From Verrucomicrobia bacterium UBA2970 (GTDB taxonomy: Bacteria; Verrucomicrobiota; Verrucomicrobiia; Limisphaerales; AAA164-E04), in the NCBI GenBank assembly GCA_002348345.1, contig DEAY01000476.1, forward strand, positions 1-45,962: 45,962 bases of DNA, given 5' to 3'. Each line of letters starts with the position of its first letter. The first letter of the stretch is position 1. Position numbers and translations under genes: made by a program. Shown here in pieces: positions 1 to 9,194 of this stretch. The notes under the pieces were generated by a model. The model made no database searches. It worked only from the letters and a program-made list of their open reading frames with translations, and had not been told where the DNA came from.

Positions 1-1
1 C

Positions 2-769
2 ACCGATGTTCGGATGTTGCAGGTTTCTGCCGGAATCTTTCGCAAAGACAAAAAGACCACCCATTCCATCACGCTCGACCTCATCGAAGAGACGGCCCAG
101 GAGACCAGGGAGGCAATCTCCCGATTTAAGAAATCCATCGACCTTCCAGAGGGCGTATCATTCGGGACCTGGAAGGAAGACCAGGTGATGAACGACGAGG
201 TGAAGAGTCTCCAGTTCGCGGCCATCCTGTCGGTCGTCTTCATCTATTTGCTGATGGGATTTCTCTTCGAGAGCTTCATTCTTCCGCTTTCGATCATCCT
301 GACGATTCCATTGGCAAGCATCGGCATGGTGTGGATCCACTTCATCACCGGCAAGGACATCGATGTGTTGGGATTTGTCGGAGCCATCCTCCTGATCGGA
401 GTGGTCGTGAACAACGGGATTGTTCTGGTCGACTACGTCAACCAACTCCGCCACCAGGGTCTGCCACGGACGCAAGCGCTTCGCCTCGCGGCGGAACGAC
501 GATTCCGCCCCATCGTCATGACCGCCCTGACCACCATCATCGGGATGATTCCGCTCACGGTGAGCAAACCCACCGAGATGGGGCTCAGCTACAAGAGCTT
601 TGGACTCACCCTCATCGGAGGGATGACCACCGCAACCTTACTCACCTTGCTGGTCGTTCCCGTTTTCTACACCCTCTTCGACGACTTGAGATGGTTTCTC
701 TCTCGCCTCGCGGCCAGGCATCTCCAGCCCGAACCGCCCGCCGAGCGGGCGCATCCCGAAGCGGGCTGA
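2..769 (+). CDS. RND (AcrB/HAE-type) efflux transporter permease, C-terminal portion; the 5' end lies outside the window
   Basis: The frame is open from the window edge. It shows typical C-terminal RND TM7-12 sequence: FAAILSVVFIYLLMGFLFESFILPLSIILTIPLA, GAILLIGVVVNNGIVLVDY, RRFRPIVMTALTTIIGMIPL. Confidence 0.9.
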   Translation, partial: TDVRMLQVSAGIFRKDKKTTHSITLDLIEETAQETREAISRFKKSIDLPEGVSFGTWKEDQVMNDEVKSLQFAAILSVVFIYLLMGFLFESFILPLSIILTIPLASIGMVWIHFITGKDIDVLGFVGAILLIGVVVNNGIVLVDYVNQLRHQGLPRTQALRLAAERRFRPIVMTALTTIIGMIPLTVSKPTEMGLSYKSFGLTLIGGMTTATLLTLLVVPVFYTLFDDLRWFLSRLAARHLQPEPPAERAHPEAG

Positions 770-784
770 GGAAACCCCCTCGCA

Positions 785-3184
785 CTAGAGCGGTTTGCGC
801 TGAACCAAGACGACCCAATCGCCCGATCGATTGACCGGAGGCTGGCCCAATGAGACGTTGGCGCCCCCGCCTGAAACCCTCGCCTGAGATCCCGGACGCG
901 GGTCTCCCCCCTCCTTCGGGTTAAACCAATAGACAAAAAAATCACCCTGCTCCCCAGTGAGGTTCAAATGAACGGGGCCTGGCGATGGCGTGTAGATGCA
1001 ATAAACCTCTCCCGCCTTGGCAAAACAATAGTCCTCCTCGGAGGGCGTGAGCCCATCATGGGATCCCATCTGGGCAAACGGAAGGTATCGATGAAAAAAT
1101 GCCAACGCGATGCGGGTTTGCCGCCACATGTTTTCTCGAGACCTCAGATCCTCGCAATTCAAGTCGTTGTGATCGTATTGATAGCCAAAATACCACTCCA
1201 CGCCTCCGCCTCCCGCCATGAGATTGCCCCACAACGCATGATGGCGCACCTCATCGTGATCAGGATCAACGGCATCCGGCTTTACCCCAGTATGGGCAGG
1301 CCCGATTTCGTCTAGGAAGACCACCCATTGCCGCCCTTCCCCGGCCGAGCGGTTCACCCACTTCAAGGTTTCCGAGTGGGTTTGGGCCATGTCCCCCATT
1401 TGCAAGGAGGGACCCTCGAAGTGAGGATGCCCCAAAAGAGGCGGATAGACCCGGTCATACTGCCCTGGATAGGTATGAACAACGACGGGGTGACCATAGG
1501 GATCAATGGCCTCGAAATAATGAGCAAATTCGGAGCGCTGCCGGTCGGTATTGGTATTCTCTTCCCCGAAATTCCAGACCAGGGCGGAATGGTGCCCGAA
1601 ACGGGCAACCAACTCGCGGTAGTAAAGGCGCCGTTGCAACCCCAAGGCTCCGCTATCAAGCAACTGGTCATTCTCGGTCTCCTGCGTCACCACGTGGAGG
1701 AGCATCCCGAGGCGGTCCATGTGGGTGAACACGATCTCCCACTGATCGAGTTTGCTGCAGTCGAAACGAAACCGCTCATCGTGAGCCGTCCAGGGCCAAA
1801 CATCATCACCGTCGCCCCCGACATTCATGGTGAGGAAGTAGATCGAGTTGACCTTTTCGGAGGCCAGGTAGTTCAGGACTCCAATGATGGATTTCCCCTT
1901 GCCACCCCGCCAACTGGGATCTCCCGTCCGCCAATCGTCCATATGAGGTCGATACCGATGCCGCGGGGCTTCAGCCGCCTCCCCCGCACGGACGATCCCG
2001 AGGTTTTCGTGGACTGGAGCGGCCCCATCAAAGTCCACGTAAGCCAGCAGATTCTCCGGGCTATCGGCCCCGCCCTTGAGATACGCCCCCCCGGTTTCAG
2101 CAAATCTCAAATAACGGTCCCCCGTATAGTCCAGTCGTCCTCGCGCTCGCCCATCGGTCCCTTCCTTGTCCGAGACACCCACTTGAAACGCGCCTGATTC
2201 ACCATCAAACGCAACGCCCTCGCTAAAGTCATCGCCCTCGTGCATGGCAATATTCTCGCCCCGGCGAAACGAGGCCTTCCAAGTCCAGAGCCCGGTTTCA
2301 TCGGGGGCAAAATGAACCCGCCAAATCTTACCGGTTTCGGCCCCTGTTTCGCCGGCGAATCCATCCGCCGCATAGTAGCCCGGCACCGTATACGCTTTAC
2401 CCGAAAGCGGGTGGGTAAACAGCACATCGAGGCGATAGTCCGCGAAGGGGTTCGGCGTCGATCGCTCACCCAAATCGGGGCCTTCGAAGGCGAGCGTGAT
2501 CCGATGCCATTTCTTCCGTTCGCCGAAAAGTCCTGCCATAAGGGTCTGTTGGGCGGACGTCGCGCCGATGGAACCCAGCGGCCGAGAAAAGACCAGCTTC
2601 GACCATCTTCCCCATGCCCGATCACTCCCGTTTTCTGAATCGGTTGTCGCGGTCACCCGAATCGTATCCCCCCTCTTCACCGCGACGGCAGGCCAGCTTA
2701 CTTGAAATGCCTCTCCTTCCTCGGTGGTCCCGCTAGCCAAGGGCGGTTGGAAGCTCCCCAATTCCTCGTCGTTCAAAAAGACGCGGTAAAGCGGCCGCCC
2801 ATCATTCTCTCCCACGACATGCAGCGAGACCTCATACGTTCCCTCGTCAAGATCCAATCGTTTCGAGACGTCTCCCTGCTGAGTTTGGTTCCCCTCGGGC
2901 AACCGGAGCCACTGCCCCTCCCGTTCAAAGACGGTGTCCTGGTAAGGGAAGTCAACGGCATAAACCGGAACTCGAATCAATGGTTCCGCTCCAACGGCAT
3001 TGAATCCAAAACCAAGTATGAAGAGCAGGCTCCCAAGCCCGCCAGCCCCCCATCGGGCAGTGTGATCGTCAAAATCTCGAAGGTCTACCATGGATGGCCC
3101 GAACCTATCGACCGAACGTTCCATTGCAAGCCTACAGAACCTCGCTGGCCCGGCCTCAGGGGAAGCCTCGATTCCGTTGGTCAA
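785..3184 (-). CDS. Secreted glycoside-hydrolase-like protein: N-terminal beta-sandwich, DUF5060-like domain, TIM-barrel GH-A-like core and C-terminal beta-sandwich
   Basis: 799-aa ORF with a hydrophobic signal-like segment (GGLGSLLFILGFGFNAVGA). The DUF5060-like stretch reads WHRITLAFEGP...NPFADYRLDVLFTHP..GKAYTVPGYYAADG...WRVHFAPDETGLWTWKASF. The barrel-like core reads NSIYFLTMNVGGDGDDVWPW and ALVWNFGEENT. The start is uncertain: Met at 3184, 3124 or 3091. Confidence 0.6.
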   Translation of the reverse strand: MTNGIEASPEAGPARFCRLAMERSVDRFGPSMVDLRDFDDHTARWGAGGLGSLLFILGFGFNAVGAEPLIRVPVYAVDFPYQDTVFEREGQWLRLPEGNQTQQGDVSKRLDLDEGTYEVSLHVVGENDGRPLYRVFLNDEELGSFQPPLASGTTEEGEAFQVSWPAVAVKRGDTIRVTATTDSENGSDRAWGRWSKLVFSRPLGSIGATSAQQTLMAGLFGERKKWHRITLAFEGPDLGERSTPNPFADYRLDVLFTHPLSGKAYTVPGYYAADGFAGETGAETGKIWRVHFAPDETGLWTWKASFRRGENIAMHEGDDFSEGVAFDGESGAFQVGVSDKEGTDGRARGRLDYTGDRYLRFAETGGAYLKGGADSPENLLAYVDFDGAAPVHENLGIVRAGEAAEAPRHRYRPHMDDWRTGDPSWRGGKGKSIIGVLNYLASEKVNSIYFLTMNVGGDGDDVWPWTAHDERFRFDCSKLDQWEIVFTHMDRLGMLLHVVTQETENDQLLDSGALGLQRRLYYRELVARFGHHSALVWNFGEENTNTDRQRSEFAHYFEAIDPYGHPVVVHTYPGQYDRVYPPLLGHPHFEGPSLQMGDMAQTHSETLKWVNRSAGEGRQWVVFLDEIGPAHTGVKPDAVDPDHDEVRHHALWGNLMAGGGGVEWYFGYQYDHNDLNCEDLRSRENMWRQTRIALAFFHRYLPFAQMGSHDGLTPSEEDYCFAKAGEVYCIYTPSPGPVHLNLTGEQGDFFVYWFNPKEGGDPRPGSQARVSGGGANVSLGQPPVNRSGDWVVLVQRKPL

Positions 3185-3253
3185 GGCAAATTCGCCCTAC
3201 TGATTCCGTCCCGGATGAGTTCCCCATCCCGAACCATCCCCTGCTGACCAGGC

Positions 3254-6200
3254 TCACGCCCGCGGTGAGGACGATGAACCGTCGATCGACGACACTCGCT
3301 TCCAGATCCTGAGGACTTCGGTCACGCTCCAGGCCTGAGCATCACATCCGCGTTGGGTATGGGGTGCGTCTCCGTCCAGTATTTCCGGCAGGTGTCCCAC
3401 GCATCCCTGATTCAGTAATCCCTCCACCCCTGAGAGATAGGACCGAACCGCCATGACCGCCTCGGGGGATTCTTCCCAGGCTTCCAATACCGCCTCGCAT
3501 AGAATACCCAGCGGCCAAATCCACGCCGTCCCATTGTGGTAGGCCGGCTTCCGACGGGTCTCTTCCTCCCCTTCATAGCGCCCCCAGTAGGGAAACTTCG
3601 GATCATTGAGCACTTGGCCATCGTTCCCGTGGACCGGAAGCGGCACCGCAACGGACCGGGGCGCTAAGCTCCGAACCGCCCCAGGAACCATGAGATGATG
3701 CAATGCGATTTGCACGGCTCTTCTGGCCCGATCGCCCGAGACAAGCCCCGTGCTCACCGCCATCGGAAAATTGCTTCGCAGGGCCGAGTCGACGATTCCT
3801 TCTTCAGCCCTCTGTCCCGGCTCAGCAATGATCAAATCCGCGCAATAGCCCTCGGTATCCAACCAAAACCGGTCCTCAAAGCTTTGAGCCGCTTGGGCTG
3901 CCAACCCGCTCCAGTCCTCTCCTCCAGCTTCCAACCCCGCTCGATCTAGCAAGCGAAGCAGTTGAATCCACATCACCTGGATCTCGACCGGGTAACCCTG
4001 CCGGGGCGTTCCCGCAGGGTAATTGGTGTCCATCCAGGTGAAGTGCGACGGACTCCAAACCAACCCCGATGGTCGGTCAACGGCGATCCCATTGGGGGTT
4101 CCCCGCAAATACCCCGAAGCGATCCCCTGAAGCACGGATCCGATCGTTCGCGAGCCCCCCCTTGATTTCGATCCCCCGAGAGGGGTCTGCAGAAACCCGA
4201 TCCCCAGTCGCTCCACCAGATCGGAGCAGACCATTCCATACCAGAGGGGGGCGTCGGAGGTGTCCCGATTGGAGGTATCTTCCCCATGAATGCTGTTGGG
4301 AAGCGTCCCCTCCCGCTCCAACCGACCATATTCCTTCAACAATCCAACGATTTCGTCCTGGTAGCCGCAAGCGAGCAAGCCTCGCGCACAAATCAGCGAA
4401 TCCCGCCCCCAATCCAGAAACCAAGGATATCCTGCGATCACCGAGAAGCCCCGGTTTCGCCTCACCACGAAAGCACTCGCAGCCGTCACCAGACGGGCCC
4501 CGAAGCAGTCGTTCTTGTCTAGCTCCGCTCGATGGATGCAATCGGAGATCCGCTCCGACCGTATCTTGAACCAAGATTCCGCCTCCGACCATGGCGTCGG
4601 CTCGGCCTCGGCCGAGATTTCATACAATGCCGGTTTGCCACAATCCAAGGACACTTCGAACCACCCCGGACTGTAGGCGTCTCCGGCGCCATACTGACCC
4701 CGGCTCGCCTCCACTGGATGGGAAATGTTCTCACTCCATTCCCCCTCGTCATGATATCGCCCGAGGTTGGACCGGACCCGCAGCCTTCGATCGTTTTCAG
4801 GCTGAAACTCAAATCCAATCCCATCGTTCAACCTTACGACATGCTCGCGAAAGTGTTGATCCGCCTCCCCACTTCGCTGGGTCTCCCCATGAAAGCTACG
4901 ATCTTCAATGTCGACGCGAACCGTGATCGATACGGACAGGGCGTCAACCGCTTCCGACGAGACCCGGCGCGCCCGCACCGCGTTTCCTGGGCCATAGAGC
5001 CGCTCCACCTCCGCGTTGGGGATCGATCCGGCCTCCAACCGAAGACAACGAAGGATCAACGTGTTTTGGTCCTCCACCAGGTCAACCGTCAACTCCAGTG
5101 GAATCCATCGCCCCTGTCCGGCGCAGATCAAATATCGCCAACGGGCCGGCGGCCCCGGTTGCATGGCGACGAGGTTGTCTCTCTCCAACGCGGTGATGAG
5201 GCCGCCGGCATTGACCCAAACCCGAATTCTCTTGGCCAACACGTGCCGGTCAACCGGCAGGTCAGGATGAAGATTGGCTCCAAGCAAGCAATCATACTTC
5301 GACTTGATACGACCCAAATTCCTTGCCAACCGGGCCATCCCTCCCCGTCGATTGGTCAACAAGACGATCGGCGCTTCGAGCCCGACTCCTTCCGATCCGC
5401 CGGCCGTGTCGCAAGCAAGATTCGGGTGAGCCGGCAATCGCTCCAAGCGGCCTTCCAAGGCGACATCGCCAGCCTCCCCCCGGAACATGGTTAGTTCAAC
5501 CGTGCCCCCCCACAATGACTCGGCACCCACCCCGACCAGGTGCAAGTCATCTCGAATTCGAGTCGAACGCCAATGCGTTTCCTTCGTCCTCTCGGGATTC
5601 CCGAAGTGGATTTCAAACGGCCGGTCGTCGCGCACGACCAGCCAATGTTCCGCGGGAACCGGAACGATTCCCCGTTCGGACCCCGGCTCCCAAAGCACTG
5701 TCTTGGAATAAGAGACCCTGAGCGATCCCCCAGCAAAGGCCTTGATCGCCTGCTGCTTCGTTGACGAGCTTCCATCGCCGGCAACGAGAGAGAGAAAAAT
5801 CAATGGATGCTCAATCACCTGGTCCACCAGAGCATTCATCAGGTCTTGCTCGACAAGAACCGGACACCCCGAACGCCAGAGCGCGGAGATGACCCAGGCC
5901 TGAATCGCCATCCGCTGCCGATAGGCCCTTCCCTCCTCCCCCCGTGGAACAGGCGATCCGGCCAGACAGTGCGCCGCTCCCGGGGCGAGCCGCAATTGAA
6001 TCCCGCCCGGCCCCCTGCGTTCGATTTCCGGCCCCTGCGGTTGAAGCAGTTCGATACCGAGCCCTCCCGCTATCTTCCATTCCTCCTCGGGAATGGTGAT
6101 GGATTCCGGACGGTCGATCCTGGTATTGACCAAAACGACGACTCGGTCCTCGCCCGTCCCCGACACTCGTTCCAAGGCAAAGACGGGCGAGTCCGGCGGA

Positions 6201-7723
6201 CTCATTCGCCGAAGCTTGGCCCCATCAAAAAAACAGGGATGTTCAGAGAGCAAGTCATTCAGCCGCGCCAATTCCTCCACCAGATTGGGTTCCTGCCCCC
6301 ACCTGAGGCCAGTCCGCTGGTGCACGACGATTTTTTCCGCCGCCAACCATTCGACACCGCATGTGAACCCGTAACCCCCGTTGACACTGGACAACGCACA
6401 CAATCGATTCCTCAATCGAGACCAGGACTCTCCCCGGGCCGCCAAGCGCGGATTATCGTGCGTCTCACTGTAGTGCACATAGAGACCGACGCGCTGGGAT
6501 TGGGGAAGGGCGTAATCGGTGTAGCCCGCGACTTCCTCGCCCGACACGTTCTGAAACAATTCCGAATAGGCCCACTGCATCCCGCCCTCTGTCAGGAGTT
6601 GCTCCGTCACCTCCCACGCCCCCCCAAGGCCTTCGAGCAGAAAAATCGTATTGGGAAACTCGCGCCGGACCCGCGCCGTGATGTAGCGCCAGACCGGCAG
6701 GGGCACCATGTAACCCGCATCGCAGCGGAACCCGTCCACCCCGCGGCGGCACCACGTCAAGAACACGTCCGCCAGGCCTTCTCCGAGTTTTGGATCATGG
6801 TGCTCGAGCTCCACCAAATCCTCCCAGGTCGTCCCCCATGCCCCCGGGCTGGCAAACCGACCATCTTCCCCTCGCCGAAACCATTCCGGGTAGATCTCCT
6901 GTAGTCGGGATCCCCAGCCCGTATGGTTGATCACCAAATCGATAAAAATCACCGCCCCCTTCCGATGAACCGCGCTCGTCAGCTCGGCAAACTGCTCGAT
7001 TCCCGTGGTGCGTTGATCAAACACCACCAGGGCAGGATCGATTGCCGTCAGATCCAGTGAGGCATACGGACTGCCATAACGCCCAAACCGGGCAAACGTC
7101 GTCGGCGTTGGATTCACCGGCAAGAGATGAAGAACACGGCATCCGAGTCGGTCAACGATGTGATCCAATTCTCGGGCAAGATCTCGAAACGTTCCCGAGG
7201 GTGGAATGACCGAGTATCCCTCCCTATCCCACTTCGCCAGCGCCTCCTCCCGCTCCGGATCAAGCAGTTCCGATTCCGTCTTGGAGGCACCGAAGAGCCG
7301 AGGCCAGGCACAGTAGATGGTATTGCCAGTTCGATACCGATCCGGATGCACGGAAATCCCAAAATCATCTCCGGACGGCCAGTGCTGTCGGCCACCCTCA
7401 TCCACCCAGAACGGCTTTCCCCGGAAGAATCCGGTTTCAGGAAGCCAAAGCGTGAGACGAAAACCCTCTTCGCACGGCTCCATGGGAAGGTCGTGCCAGG
7501 CGGCATGACTCAAGGGACGCGAGTCCTCGAAGGATCGCACAATCTCGTCATTCAAGATCGCTCCGGAACCAATCGTCGTTCTGAGAAAGGCCCGCCCCTT
7601 CCCTTTGGCTTGGGACCAGGCCTCGTCCTTCAACCAAACTTCGATCCGATCCCCCACATGGCGTACCTGCCGAGTTCCTGGGCCTGGAACCATTGTCAAT
7701 TCACCCCTCATGATCTCTCTCAC
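3254..7723 (-). CDS. Fusion protein: GH13 alpha-glucan-active (GlgE-like) catalytic domain + glycogen debranching enzyme N-domain + amylo-alpha-1,6-glucosidase (GDE_C/GH133-type) domain
   Basis: 1489-aa uninterrupted ORF. GH13 signatures in the N-terminal half: IYCAWPRLFG, GTFRDLARELDHIVDRLG, DLVINHTG, GVDGFRCDAGYMVP, FLLEGLGG, YSETHDNPR. GDE_C signatures in the C-terminal third: AGYPWFLDWGRDSLI, NGTAWIWPLG, CDAQAWSVTEVLR. No signal peptide. Confidence 0.85.
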   Translation of the reverse strand: MREIMRGELTMVPGPGTRQVRHVGDRIEVWLKDEAWSQAKGKGRAFLRTTIGSGAILNDEIVRSFEDSRPLSHAAWHDLPMEPCEEGFRLTLWLPETGFFRGKPFWVDEGGRQHWPSGDDFGISVHPDRYRTGNTIYCAWPRLFGASKTESELLDPEREEALAKWDREGYSVIPPSGTFRDLARELDHIVDRLGCRVLHLLPVNPTPTTFARFGRYGSPYASLDLTAIDPALVVFDQRTTGIEQFAELTSAVHRKGAVIFIDLVINHTGWGSRLQEIYPEWFRRGEDGRFASPGAWGTTWEDLVELEHHDPKLGEGLADVFLTWCRRGVDGFRCDAGYMVPLPVWRYITARVRREFPNTIFLLEGLGGAWEVTEQLLTEGGMQWAYSELFQNVSGEEVAGYTDYALPQSQRVGLYVHYSETHDNPRLAARGESWSRLRNRLCALSSVNGGYGFTCGVEWLAAEKIVVHQRTGLRWGQEPNLVEELARLNDLLSEHPCFFDGAKLRRMSPPDSPVFALERVSGTGEDRVVVLVNTRIDRPESITIPEEEWKIAGGLGIELLQPQGPEIERRGPGGIQLRLAPGAAHCLAGSPVPRGEEGRAYRQRMAIQAWVISALWRSGCPVLVEQDLMNALVDQVIEHPLIFLSLVAGDGSSSTKQQAIKAFAGGSLRVSYSKTVLWEPGSERGIVPVPAEHWLVVRDDRPFEIHFGNPERTKETHWRSTRIRDDLHLVGVGAESLWGGTVELTMFRGEAGDVALEGRLERLPAHPNLACDTAGGSEGVGLEAPIVLLTNRRGGMARLARNLGRIKSKYDCLLGANLHPDLPVDRHVLAKRIRVWVNAGGLITALERDNLVAMQPGPPARWRYLICAGQGRWIPLELTVDLVEDQNTLILRCLRLEAGSIPNAEVERLYGPGNAVRARRVSSEAVDALSVSITVRVDIEDRSFHGETQRSGEADQHFREHVVRLNDGIGFEFQPENDRRLRVRSNLGRYHDEGEWSENISHPVEASRGQYGAGDAYSPGWFEVSLDCGKPALYEISAEAEPTPWSEAESWFKIRSERISDCIHRAELDKNDCFGARLVTAASAFVVRRNRGFSVIAGYPWFLDWGRDSLICARGLLACGYQDEIVGLLKEYGRLEREGTLPNSIHGEDTSNRDTSDAPLWYGMVCSDLVERLGIGFLQTPLGGSKSRGGSRTIGSVLQGIASGYLRGTPNGIAVDRPSGLVWSPSHFTWMDTNYPAGTPRQGYPVEIQVMWIQLLRLLDRAGLEAGGEDWSGLAAQAAQSFEDRFWLDTEGYCADLIIAEPGQRAEEGIVDSALRSNFPMAVSTGLVSGDRARRAVQIALHHLMVPGAVRSLAPRSVAVPLPVHGNDGQVLNDPKFPYWGRYEGEEETRRKPAYHNGTAWIWPLGILCEAVLEAWEESPEAVMAVRSYLSGVEGLLNQGCVGHLPEILDGDAPHTQRGCDAQAWSVTEVLRIWKRVSSIDGSSSSPRA

Positions 7724-7931
7724 GCTCTGCCGGGCTAACCATCTCGCGGGACTTCATTGAGTGTAAACCCCAAAAAGGGGGAAAGTGCTCCGCAAAACAA
7801 TCCCCGTTGCATTCAGAGCAACCAGACGGGCCAATGGCTTCAGTCATGACGCCGAGCGACTCCTTTTTGACAGCGTGCCCTCCAGGGCTCCAGGTGAGGA
7901 CACGTTCGTGAGCATTGGATGAATGATTCGT

Positions 7932-9194
7932 CTAGGAATTCACCAGGACGATTCCCTGCCCAGGCCTCAGATTATACTCGAAGGGAGTAGGCAGATAATC
8001 CAACCGGAATTCGGGCGACACATCGCGTAGTCCCTGACGCGCTGAAATCACACGATATAAATTGTCACACCAAAAGGGCTGATGGTTCTGGGAATCCTTG
8101 TTGAGCATGACCAAGGCCGCGTCACCGGAGGCCTCGTCTACCTTGAGCATCAACAGGACATTCGGGTTCGGACAGGAAATGAGTTCCAGACGACAATCGG
8201 TCTGCAAGGCCCGAGACTGGCCCTTCATTTCGTTACTCGCCCGAATGAACATACACAGGTCCATCGTGGGTTCCTCCCAGTGAGTTGACCGGGTCGTCAC
8301 CACATCGAGCATCCGTTGGAATCCGAATTCAAAACCGATTGGCATCATGAGGGATGACGAAAAAACCGCTGAAAAGAGGTAGCGCTGTTTCATCCCCGCC
8401 GGAATCCGGTTGACTTCCGCCGCGAGGCGCGGGGTGTCGTGACTCTCTGGAAAACTAATCGAACCCACCAAACCCCGGGTCTCTTGATACTGGTCCAGAA
8501 GCCATGATTCTCGAAAATCCCACCACTTACTGCTATTCATGACCGCGTCAAATCCGACTCGGGCCAGCGCCGCCGTTTCAGACGGCCGACACCCCAACGT
8601 CTCGGCGACGAACACCACGTCGGCATAGCTTGATCGCACGCGTGCGATCAAGTGCCGCCAAACTTCGACGGGAATCTGATAGGCCGCATCGCATCGAAAT
8701 CCGCGGAACCCCTGTTCATAAAGAAATCCGACCACCCGAAGCCAGTAATCCATCATCGCCTCCAGGGGCTTGCCTTCGTCATAACGAAACTTCGCCAGGT
8801 CCCCCCAAACCACCTTTCGACCCTCCCGGTAACAGTGGGGATGAACGATCTCTTCCCCCTCCCATTCAAACCACTCCGGATGGGCCTTCAATAGGGGTGA
8901 ATCAAACGCGCAATGATTGATCACCAAATCGACCATGAACCGGAGGCCGCGCTCTCGACCGGCCTCCCGCGCGGGCTGCCATTGAAGACGGGGATCAGGC
9001 GGCAACCGATCGTCAACCAGCAGTGAGTGCCAGCGAAAGTGGTCGGAGATGGAGTATAAAGAACCGGAGTAGCCGGCATACTGAATCGCATTGACAAAAA
9101 CCCAATCAAAACCCAAGTCCGCTGCCCGCTCAAGATGGGGACGCCACTCCGAGAACCGACCGGCCAGCAGCGGAAACAGATTGTAGATCCTCAT
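7932..9194 (-). CDS. GH13 alpha-amylase-family catalytic-domain protein; stand-alone paralogue of the GH13 part of the neighbouring fusion
   Basis: Motifs: MRIYNLFPLLAG, DLVINHCAFDS, GFRGFRCDAAYQIPVEVW, VFVAETLG, FPESHDTPRLA. They occur in the same order and style as in the 1489-aa protein. No signal peptide. Its ATG overlaps the upstream sulfatase stop (ATGA). Confidence 0.8.
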   Translation of the reverse strand: MRIYNLFPLLAGRFSEWRPHLERAADLGFDWVFVNAIQYAGYSGSLYSISDHFRWHSLLVDDRLPPDPRLQWQPAREAGRERGLRFMVDLVINHCAFDSPLLKAHPEWFEWEGEEIVHPHCYREGRKVVWGDLAKFRYDEGKPLEAMMDYWLRVVGFLYEQGFRGFRCDAAYQIPVEVWRHLIARVRSSYADVVFVAETLGCRPSETAALARVGFDAVMNSSKWWDFRESWLLDQYQETRGLVGSISFPESHDTPRLAAEVNRIPAGMKQRYLFSAVFSSSLMMPIGFEFGFQRMLDVVTTRSTHWEEPTMDLCMFIRASNEMKGQSRALQTDCRLELISCPNPNVLLMLKVDEASGDAALVMLNKDSQNHQPFWCDNLYRVISARQGLRDVSPEFRLDYLPTPFEYNLRPGQGIVLVNS

